Source of the DNA: Eledone cirrhosa
Taxonomy: Eukaryota
Direction of reading: 5' to 3'
Assembly (NCBI GenBank): GCA_964016885.1
Contig: OZ024742.1
Span: forward strand, 64,790,001 to 64,854,000
DNA length: 64,000 nucleotides
The position numbers were made by a program, and so were the translations under genes. This document shows positions 53,804 through 64,000 of the stretch, in pieces. The notes beneath the pieces are model-generated. The model saw only the letters and a program-made list of their open reading frames with translations. It was not told the DNA's origin and ran no database searches. Every line of letters starts with the position of its first letter. The stretch's first letter is position 1.

Positions 53804-54490
53804 GTAGCAAAATCTGTCCACACGTTGACCCCTGGGTGACATTTAACGGTCATTTTCTGGGTTATCTCCTTTCGGGCATCAACAGGTCTGAGAGTGGACA
53901 GCCTCTAAAGGTCAGCCCTTTCTTCTCAAGTCTTGAGACAGAGGAAGTGACATGGATAAATAGCCTGCCTTAGATCAGGCCAGAAGCAGTTTGGAGCAGT
54001 TCTTGATAGAGTAAACATGTGAACTATTGTTTTCTACAGACCCTTTTGGGGTCTTACAGACTCTTTCTTTCTTTTACTCTCTCTCTTTCACTCAATCTCT
54101 TAGTCTTTCTCTTAACCCAGCCTGTGAAGTTCATGAAGTTTTCTTGGTAAATACAATTTAATTCTACTTTTACAAACAAACAAATAATGTCCATAATTCC
54201 TGTGTATTTTTTGTATAGCTTCGGCGTGAGCCATTTTCAATAAATTAATAATATAGCGGTTTGGTGTCATCGTGGTTCATTTACATATATTCATTTTCTG
54301 CGTGTTCAAGGAACTATCATATCATCATCATCTTAATGAACACTTACTTACCTGCACACATGCAACCTCTACTCACACTGTATCACACAACAGTGACCAC
54401 ACAAAACAGCAAGCTACAAGAGAGCACGCATGCAACTAACGAATCAACACCACAACACAACCAGCTACCAACAGGACTATCAAACCCTCG
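53803..54490 (+). mobile_element. LTR-like repeat (probable solo LTR)
   Basis: Starts TGTAGC; homologous to 23700-24032 and 25300-25959. Confidence 0.55.
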
Positions 54491-55223
54491 CCATGAATAA
54501 ATATATATATATATATAAGCAAGCAGGGAAAAGCGGACGTAAAATGATGATGAAGGTGATGATATATATATATGATAAAATAAGCCTTTATCATTTCATT
54601 CCATGGATTCCTAGGTCTTCATCTTCTGAGGCACCCTACACCTTTTTATACAGCTGTCATCCTTCATTTGCATCACATGTCCATATCATTGCAGTCTTCT
54701 CTTCTGCACACAACATTTAATCCCTCTTATGCCCAGTTTCATTTTCATTTACACTTCACTGTTACTGTATGCTACAATTACACATTCATCAAAGCATGCA
54801 GGTTTCATTTCTTTCCAATCTACATAGATCCTCAACACACAGTGCCCAGGCTCCCTTTCTATATAGCATTGCTGTTTGCATACAGGCATTTTAGCTTGAG
54901 GGAGAAATCTTTTGTAGTTAGCAGCAACTCCCTGAATTTTTCTATCCCGACCTTACTCTGGCAACTGTACTTTCTCAATAAAAAGATAAATATCAAATCA
55001 GAGAAGCATTTAAACATAGATTACCTTATGCCAAAATCTCCATTGGGATGAATACAAGCTAAACAAACTAAGATAAACAAGTTTTGCTCATATTTATATA
55101 TCAGGACATATAGATATTCATGTAGTAGTTGAAGGACACATGTGTTATTGGATGCACCATGCTGTTTTGATAAGGACAAGGTCCGTATACTATCCATTGA
55201 ATATTTTTTCTTTGTCCAAAGAA

Positions 55224-55317
55224 TCCTTCCGATGATGGAATTTATTCTAATATTGATTGTCTTAATTTATTAGGATAGTTAATATTGTTCCTTAATTCGA
55301 GAAACTGAAGTTAGGGA
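55224..55317 (+). ncRNA. Hammerhead-like motif, CCGATGA core, long stem II
   Basis: TCCTT-CCGATGA-TGGAATT...AATATTGATTGTCTTAAT/ATTAGGATAGTTAATATT...AATTCGA-GAAA-CTGAAG-TT-AGGGA. Confidence 0.5.
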
Positions 55318-55597
55318 CATGATATGAGCAAAACATGTTTTCAAAAATTCAAAATTTGCCCAATGTTTCCTGAATCTGGTTCTTAGTTTGTAATAAAGAC
55401 AGTTTTGTTGTGCTTCTATGACTTATTATTGACACAGTGTATCAATGACTAAATGTAAGACAGGTTATTGACATACAGATGCAGTAGATGTGTGTCAATA
55501 ACCAAGTGTAAGACAGGTCACTGACATACAAATGCAGTAGAAGTGAGTCAGTGACTAGGTCCTAATTGTTATTGTGTATGCAAACATATCTGTACAC

Positions 55598-55670
<73 letters not shown>

Positions 55671-55676
<6 letters not shown>

Positions 55677-55786
55677 TAAAAGATTAAAATTTAAGCAAAG
55701 AATTGCTGCTTTCACCCTTAACGGGATCTTCTGAAACTAAAAAAAATCAATCTGTGAACGCAGAAGTAAATATTTCGAAAAGCGTT
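55671..55786 (-). mobile_element. PLE family D arm with CAGAAGA hammerhead (55688-55738)
   Basis: Homologous to 17085-17200; ends at the same internal site next to (TA)n. Confidence 0.85.
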
Positions 55787-55789
55787 ACA

Positions 55790-58700
55790 CACTATATATA
55801 TATATGCACACACACACACTATAATTATATATATATAATCGATATTTTTAATATATATCGAATATATAAGAACCCTAGAGCAAATCCCGAGCAACGCCGA
55901 GCCATTCTGCTAGTATACACACACACATAATAATAGCGTCATAATGTCGTAATGCAGACAGCCAGAGATACAGATATTATAAGGGCGCAACGTTATATCT
56001 ATGTATCTATCTAGAAAGAAAGAGAGATCGCTAAATAGCCTAATGCGGTCCCTAGGGCATTGAAAATGTGAAATTTATTTTTGCTCAAAACATTTACAGG
56101 ACCATAAGTATTACATGTGTAAAGTTTGAAAACAATCGGTTGGGTGGTTCTCGAGTTTTAGTGAGCTGACAGACAGACAGACAGACATTCTCTGTTTTAG
56201 ATATATAGACTAGCAGAAAACCACCCGGTGGGCGGTTTTCTGCTAGCAAACCTAGTGTATATGCTGATATTGTTGAGATTTGGATGAGAAATGTTTTCGG
56301 CACCACATGTTCACCGTCTCTCGGTGTGTCTTTTATGCATGTATAAATATATATGTTATCTATACGGTGAAATCTTTGAAATAAATATATGTTAAAACGA
56401 AAAAGAAGAAAATAAATAACTGGCGGTCAGAAAAAAATATGAAATTTTAATCATACCATTAGGTGTGAATAAGGAAATATTTTTTTATTGTCAAAACAAA
56501 TGTTCAAAAGTTAAACTTCAATTTTTTTAATTATTTCCAATTTTTTCATGAAATTGAACACTGGACATTGGCTGCTGGAAATGGAAATTAAATCGTATTT
56601 AATTGTATTTAAATTTCTAACCTTATTTTATTATTTATATTTTTTCAATACGAAATAAAAAACAACAACAAAAATTGAAGAAAAAAATTGAACAAATCAA
56701 ACGTAGGTTATGGAACTGCGCAATCTGATTAATAAATTACCCCATCAGCAGCAACCTTCTTCAAATGGTCTTTATTATCAGCAGCAACAACCACAAATTC
56801 AATGGCAACCTTCTTCGCATGGTGTCAAGTCAGAACCGCCTCGAACTGGTTACTTCTGGCTTGTGCAGCGATTCCCTCGGCCTCAGTGACCAAAGTCAGT
56901 GGAGAGGGGAAGGTAATGTTTCTATAGCACGTGTTTCAGCGTCTATTCACTCTCTCTCTCTCCCTCCCGCTATCCCCCTCTCGTAGTCTATTTCTTTCTT
57001 TCACTCTCACTCTCTCTCTACGCACGTGTTTCCACTGTCGGACAGACAGACAGAGAAATTGCTGGTTATATATATAAGTAGATATATATATATAATTATA
57101 TATTCGTGTACAGACATTTTTGCATGCACAATAACAAAATATAAACAAACGTATTTATTTCACGAGGCTCGATAAGGATAAATATATATCAAATATATAA
57201 GAACCCTAGAGCAAATAATATATTAATAATGAAAATATTGTGTACAGTGCTCAGGTGCACTACAACTCATCAAAAGTGTATGTATAGTACATAGGGTAAT
57301 GTACAAACGTCAAGAAAATGAACAGTGCATGAGTCATGATATACACGTGTGCATATGTATGGAAGGGGGACATCAGGTGTAGTTTTGGCGAATTTCGGGA
57401 AGCATGAAGGTTTTAAAGGATGCAGTGTCTCGGCAGCTAACAACTGACGCAGGCAGTTTGTTCCATGCTTCAGCAACTCTAAGCGTGAAAAAATGTTTCC
57501 GAAAGTCATGGGAGTTGTGCAGTTTTCTGACTTTGTAGGCATGTCCACGTGTGTTAGACACATGGAGATCAAAAAGGTGCTCAGGGTTGTTGTTGGCGAG
57601 ATGGTTAATAACTTTTTGGGTGTTTACCAAACCAAGTCCATTACCAGACGTCGGAGCTTCAATGAATCCATGCCCAGGGAAGCAATGCGTTCAGAGTAGG
57701 GTAGATGTCTGATGGAGGGTATGCGCTTGGTTGCACGTCTCTGAACAGTTTCCAGGAGGTCAATGTTCTGAGCAAGATAGGGGTTCCAGACTGATGATGC
57801 GAATTCCAAGTGTGGTCGTACCATAGCTGTATACAGCTTTAAATAGATGGCTGGAGAGCGGCTAACAAAGGTTTTGCTGAGTGATGCCAAGACACCCTCG
57901 GCCTTCTTGACAATTTTAGAGATGTGCTTTGTCCAACGCAAATCGCTGCTGACAGTAATACCCAGGTCATGTTCACAAGAGGACTTCTTGATATCAGTGT
58001 TGTGGAGGGAGTATGTGGACGCTGGATTTTTCCTCCCAAAATACATGGTGGTACACTTGTCCACAGCCAGCTTCAGTTGCCAGTCTGTGATCCCGAGCAA
58101 CACCGGGCCATTCTGCTAGTAGTAAATAAAATTTACGCTGAACCAGCTTACTTTAAGCTAACATACTTTCAAAAGATCCATTTGTCGTCTATCAAATGTC
58201 ACCAAGAAATTTAACGAAAATGTGTTGCAAATGACTACTCTTCTATGATGTAATTGATTTAGTTTCAACATACAATCTTAAGTTCACACAGCATGGCCGA
58301 ATGGTTAAGAAATTCGTGTCGTAATCATTATGACCTATATATGTGACATCTTGAGCAATTGTCATATTCTATAGCCTCGGGTTGACCCAAGCTTTGTGAA
58401 TGAAACTGGATAGACAGAAACAGTCGGATGGATTATACCTGTAATTCAAAGTGCCAGCCCTGTCGCATACTGTACCACGCCGAATTACATTAAGAGTACA
58501 TGTGTCAGTTACTTATCCAAGCCACTTGAATGCCCATCGTTGAGATTCATTGCACTATCTTAGGACAATTAAGTCAGTTATCGTGTAAGCAAACATTACT
58601 CCTAAATAACTCCTAGTAAAAATCAATAAATTGTGAAGGGACACAACTCTCAATTACTAAATGTAATTACCTCTTTAAATTCTAGATTTATATCCCCTTA

Positions 58701-58800
58701 ATAATTTTATAAACTTATGTTATCATTATAAGAACTAGCAGAAAAACCACCCGAAGGGTGGTTTTCTGCTAGCATGCGTAGTGTGTATATTGATATTATA
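55790..58800. mobile_element. Cluster of non-autonomous Helitron-like elements
   Basis: 3' hairpin plus CTAG ends at about 55914 (plus), 56210 (minus), 58119 (plus) and 58735 (minus); TCTATATAT...(GTCT)n 5' starts at 56209 and about 57075 (minus). Confidence 0.65.
57216..58092 (-). mobile_element. CR1-like LINE 3' fragment inserted into a Helitron 3' end
   Basis: Homologous to 49203-50075; splits AACCCTAGAGCAAAT|CCCGAGCAAC, which is intact at 55871-55895. Confidence 0.9.
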
Positions 58801-58844
58801 CGCAAATATATATGTAATATTCATTCATTATTTATTCAAAGTTA

Positions 58845-60840
58845 ACTTGTTAACTTTGCCTTTCATCCTTCCGGGGTCGATAGAATAAAGTACCAGTAAT
58901 GCATTGGATAATTGCTGGCCTTGTGCCAAAAGTAGAAACAATTATTTATTCAAAGTAATCCAACTTATTTTACACATAGGATAAAAAATATATATTCTGA
59001 AGGCAGTCTCCTGCTCCTCTCTTTATTATAGTTAAGATTGTTTCTACTGGCACAAGGCCAGCAATTATTCCAATTATTCCACTGGTGCTTTATTTTATCG
59101 ACCTCGTAAGGATGAAAGCAAAGTTAACCTCGGCGGGATTTGAACTCAGACAATAAAGGGCCGTAACCCTTTGCTGCAAAGCATGGCATCCGACCCTCTA
59201 CCGATACTGCCAAAGTTTATTATATTATCATTATAATAATGGTTTCTGATATAGGCACAAGGCCAGCAATTTTGGAGGAGAGGACAGTCGATCAAATCAA
59301 CCTCAGTGCGCGAGTGGTACTTTATTTTATCAAACCTGTAAGGATGAAATGCAAAACTAACCTCGACGGCATTAGAACTCAGAACGCAAAGGGCCGTAAC
59401 TCTGTGCAACAAAGCATGATGTCCGACGCTCTGCTGATATTGCCGAAGTGTGCGTAGCTGTGCGCCATGAACCACGTCTCCAGGTTGTGGTTAGGGGACA
59501 AACCATTAGTATAAAGATAAGCTGCCAGATGAGGCATCGTCAGACGCACGAATAAGCAGTTGTGGACAACACAACAGCACGTCCTTCAGATGCGCAGACC
59601 TTAAGCTCTCATCTATAAAATAGTGCAAATATCCTATGAGGGACTTGTGTCAGAGCGAGCAAGTCAAGGCGGCCCGAAAAGCCCATGCCATCTGTCCATG
59701 GGTTAAATGACAACTCTCAATGAGAGTTGTCAACAATTGTAAGTGGTTTGCTCGAAGACTAGCAGCCTACTCCCATAACCCCGCCCCTCCCCCCAAAAAA
59801 ACTTTGCTACAAAATGATTTCTAAGTACAACAAACCAAAAGCAGTCAGGACGAAAATCATCTCTATCTGGAAACAGTATGACAGTTGACAAAGAAAGGAC
59901 AGTCTCTCTGAGGAAGCTGTCATCCCAAAATCTCAAATGCTGTCTGTAAAATCTCTCACACACATTGGATACCCGAACGTACAAACAATGTACCAATCAT
60001 CCAAACTGGCTCAGAAGGTCAAGAAAACGGAGGCCTACAATCTAAACATATTAGGCCTCAGCGAGGTCCATTGGACTGATACAGGAACATTTAGATCAGA
60101 GGACATCTCAGGATGTGAAGATGGAGTGCATCAGGCTGGAGTGCCTCTTATCTTGGATACATCGGCAAGTGGGGCCCCTGAAGTGTGGACACCCATAAAC
60201 GAATTTTGACGTCAATATTTAACACTTTACATGCTAAAGTCAGCAGAATACAGTGCCATGCTCATACAAATGAACCTGAAGATGCTGACAAGGATGCATT
60301 ATATTTGTGGATTGGCAGTATCGGTAAGGGTCGGACGCCATGCTTTGGAGCATAGAGTTACCTCCCTTTATGATCTGAGTTCAAATCCCGCCGAAGTTAA
60401 CTTTGCCTTTCATCCTTACGGGGTCGATAAAATAAAGTACCAGTAATGCACTGGAATAATTGCTGGCCTTGTGCCAAAAGTAGAAACAATTATATTATGG
60501 GGTCGATAAAATAAAGTACCAGTAATGCACTGGGTATTTGCTGGCCTTGTGCCAAAAAGTAGAAACAATTATATTAACAATTTCAGGATTCCGTCAACAT
60601 GATCCACGTCATGATATTGCCATCATTGTTTCTACTTTTGGCACAAGGCCAGCAATTATCTCAGTGCATTACTGGTACTTCATTTTATTGACTCCAAAAG
60701 GATGAAATGCAAAGTTAATCTCGGTGGGATTTGAGCTCAGAACATAAAGGAACATAACTCTATGCTGTAAAGCATGGTGTAATAATTGTTTCTAATTTTG
60801 GCACAAGGCCAGCAATTACCCCAATGCATTACTGGTAAAA
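58845..60840. mobile_element. Cluster of about 7 SINE family 1 copies around an old RTE-like 5' UTR/APE remnant (59470-60620)
   Basis: SINE bodies at about 58845-58945, 59035-59212, 59240-59450, 60308-60495, 60498-60575, 60625-60780 and 60783-60837; APE-like NVQTM...ILGLSEVHW...HQAGV. Confidence 0.75.
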
Positions 60841-60890
60841 GTATGGTGTAATAATGATGAATTTCAACGTTTTATTTTTTCCTAATATCG

Positions 60891-61080
60891 GGAGTGAAAT
60901 TACCGGGAGTGAAATTGACAGGCAGTCAAATTACCAGAGTCAAATTACCAGAGTCAAATTACCAGAGTCAAATTACCAGAGTCAAATTACCAGAGTCAAA
61001 TTACCAGAGTCAAATTACCAGAGTCAAATTACCGGGAGTCAAATTACCAGGAGTCAAATTACCAGGAGTCAAATTACTGG
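60891..61080. repeat. Tandem repeat, 14-15-bp unit GAGTCAAATTACCA, about 13 copies
   Basis: Directly visible; the central copies are identical. Confidence 0.95.
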
Positions 61081-61613
61081 CTACTTATAAAAACAATAAT
61101 TATGTATATGTTCAATGTAGCTTGAGCAATGTTTTTTTTGCTTTGTTTTTGCATTATCTATTGTTGCAGAATTGGGAAGAATAAAATGATGTAATTTCAT
61201 CGTTGTTATTTATTGCATTATATATATATGTGGGTATGTATATGTGTCTATGTGTATGAATGTGTGTATTTATCTTCGACTGCTGTTTCTAGTAGATCTA
61301 TTGATCATATAGTTGCATTAAAATTGGAACTCATTCGGTTTGATATATTTTATTTTCATTTGAATATGGAGGCTCCAAATAGCCATTGAGCCAGTTAGAA
61401 ATAGCCTTACAAATCACACTCTATCATTTTAAAGAGGCACTGAATAATGTGATTCAAGAGATACCTTTTAAAAATGCTGAAATATGTTTCATCAGTGTCT
61501 TTCTGCTCATGACTACTGTGTCTTTTCAAGGGTATCTATAGACTTACATTATTCAGTGTCTTCTTAAGATGATAGAGTGTGATTTGGTTACAATTTCAAC
61601 TATATACACCTTC

Positions 61614-64000
61614 GTATGTATGTATGTATGTATGTATGTTTTCTCTTTCTCTTAATTTTGAGTATATTTTTTTGACCGGCCACCTTCCTGGTGGCAAGGT
61701 TGTAAAAGAAAAGAAATTGTCATCCCTTGAATCGCAAGAATGTTTTGCAAATTTTGAAGGTGCCAGCTATCGCAGCCATTTGTAGACTATAAATTAGGGA
61801 GCTGCGCTTTTTGTCCGCAAATCCAAGTTCAGTCATACTTTGGTCCAAGCGGGTTGGTATATAACCCGTAGCACCAATAATGATGGGTATGAAGCTAAAG
61901 GTATATCTTGGATACTGGATTTGTAAACTCCTCATCAATGGTCCGTAGATGTCCTCCTTCTCCTGTATTTTTCTGACAACGTTTACATCAAGTGGGCAGC
62001 TGACCTCCACAACAGAACACGTTTTCAATGTGTGGTCCCAAACTACAATATCAGGCCGGTTGTGCTTTAATTTGGTGGCAGTTTTTATTTTCAGGTTCCA
62101 CCAGTATTCCTTAGTGCCATCTGTCTCAATATATTCTTCCTCGTTTGTTGTTAATTTTGTTTTCCGAAGTGCGTTCCAGATGGTTCTAGCTATCCCATCG
62201 TGTCTCATGGGGAGGTAGTAGCGAGATGACATTCTTTCGCAGCTGGCAACAATGTGGCTTACATCCTCGATCTTTGTTTTACATAGCCTACATTTATTGT
62301 CAGCTGCTGGCCCTCCTCTTTTGTGCAGCAGATATTTGGTAGGGAGTTCTTGTTCCTGTATTGCATAGAGATATCCCTCAAGGTGTGATGTCATAAACTT
62401 GTCGGAACTCCATGCCAGGCTTTTTGAGTGGTTTATCCCCTCTATGGTCTGTCTTTTATGCCTCAAGTATCCATGCACAACTTTTTCTGTAAATTGGTCA
62501 ATTTTTTTATCTTGTTTGAACATTGAATAGGATCTTCCAATTTCTCTGGGTGAGAGATTTATATCAGGCTTTATTCCATATCTCTCCTCCAGATCAGTTG
62601 CTATTCTAATGAGATTTCTTTTTTCATGCTCATAAACCTGGGCAAGATGGTTGCCAACCTTTTTCCTCTGTTGAAGGTGTTGCTTCAGTGTTACTATCCG
62701 GGTCTCATATGTTGTTAATATTGATTTTAGACCCCGGCCACCTTCCTTGCGTGAGAAGTATAGCCTATCCACATCACCATTGATGTTAAAGTTCCCAGTA
62801 ACACTGAGAAGTTTTCAAGTTCTAACATCCATCTCACTTAGTTCTTGCAATGACCAGTTCAGTAGGCCAAATGTTGGCGTTAGAATTGGCACAGCATAAG
62901 TATTGTGGGCAATGTATTTGTTGTATGCTGACAGTTCTGATGACCATATTTTCTTTACTCTTCTGAGGTATTCAGTTCTGGTTCTCTCCTTATTTATGGG
63001 TCCATCATATCTGACATGCTCATCCTGTCCAAGATATCTGTAGTTGTCACCTGACTGCAGAGGTTGTATTGTCAGGCCGTTCATCTCTAGATTTCTAGAG
63101 GAGGGCACAGCTCTTCCACGTTTTACTGCCAAATATGCACACTTGGACTCACCAAATTTCATTTTGATGTCGGTTGAAAATTGTGTAATGAGGTCCAATT
63201 GTTTCTTGATGTCATTGATATTTGGCCCATACAACTTCAGGTCATCAACAAAGAAAAGATGGGAGATACTTCTGGTCCCACTTCTTTGTCCACCTTGTTT
63301 CCTGAGTAGGTAAGATAGTGGATTCAGTGAGAGAACGAAGAGTAGCACTGACAAGCTATCACCCTGAAAGATGCCCTTCTGGTAATGTATCTTATCAGTC
63401 TTAACCTGCTCCTTCTCACCTCTAAGGATCAAATTGGTGTACCAGTTCTTGGTCAGGCATTCAACAGCAGCTACCAATGGTTGTGGGACTTTAGCTAACT
63501 GTAAAGCCTTAATAATCCACCCATGAGGTACACTATCAAATGCTTTTTGATAGTCCAGCCACACGACAGTCATGTTTCTGCGATTCTTTGTTGTTTTTTC
63601 ATGAATCATTTTGTTAGTTAGTAGGTGATCTATGCAACCCCACACCTCCCTCTTTCCACCAGCTTGCTCAGGTGTTATGATGTTGTTGGTAGCACAGTGA
63701 TCCTGTAAGAACAGGTTAAGGCACCCAGTATATAATTTATACATGATGTTTTGGCAGGCAATTGGGCGGTAATTTTTAGCAAGGGTGGTTTGGCTATTTT
63801 GGAGAATGAGGAGAGTAGTGGCAGTTGGTAACCATCTGGGCAGTTCTTGTGTGCCCTTCATGGTTTCTGTAAACAGCCGTATGAGATCTTGCCGATAGAA
63901 AGTGAAATTCTTCAACCAGTATCCTGTAATGAGGTCTGGGCCTGGCGATTTCCTATTCGACATTTTCTGTAGAGCTGTTTCCAGTATTGACCCATCTATG
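61614..64000 (-). mobile_element. R4/Dong-clade-like LINE (RT, CCHC, RLE); continues past the window edge; (TACA)n tail
   Basis: KSPGPD, NYRPIAC, WLDYQKAFDS, GIFQGDSLS, HLFFVDD, GGRGL, CRLC..H..C, RHD, HNRPDI...EVSCP; one in-frame TGA at 62815-62817. Confidence 0.92.

Noticed and set aside
60891-61080. Possible CRISPR array or repeat protein (also 22340-22850)
   Set aside because: Tandem units with no unique spacers, no cas genes, and a eukaryotic context.
62815-62817. In-frame TGA as selenocysteine or programmed read-through
   Set aside because: The position corresponds to a usual Arg (RTRK); CpG decay is simpler and I saw no SECIS-like element.

Overview
Eukaryotic, very AT-rich, microsatellite-saturated DNA with no host protein-coding exon that I can support. 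The repeat repertoire suggests an octopod cephalopod, but that is an inference from remembered repeat families, not a database hit. Nearly all recognisable sequence is mobile-element derived: (1) at least seven families of Penelope-like elements (PLEs; RT plus C-terminal GIY-YIG endonuclease, resembling the Hydra clade) inserted in (TA)n tracts, mostly as head-to-head inverted structures carrying type I hammerhead ribozymes; (2) four large RTE-clade LINEs with a PHD-like zinc finger inside the RT; (3) CR1-like, R4/Dong-like and CRE-like LINEs; (4) two tRNA-derived SINE families; (5) Tc1/mariner, Helitron-like and Gypsy-like LTR remnants; (6) minisatellites. The most striking signals concern the PLE hammerheads. 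Several have non-canonical catalytic cores that recur across copies (CAGAAGA instead of CUGANGA; U3-A8 covariants). The inversion or fold-back junctions of the insertions repeatedly fall inside the hammerhead, and each family uses two fixed 3' endpoints that abut (TA)n. Most ORFs in the supplied track are microsatellite or antisense artefacts. Coordinates were read by eye, so element boundaries may be off by a few to tens of bases.
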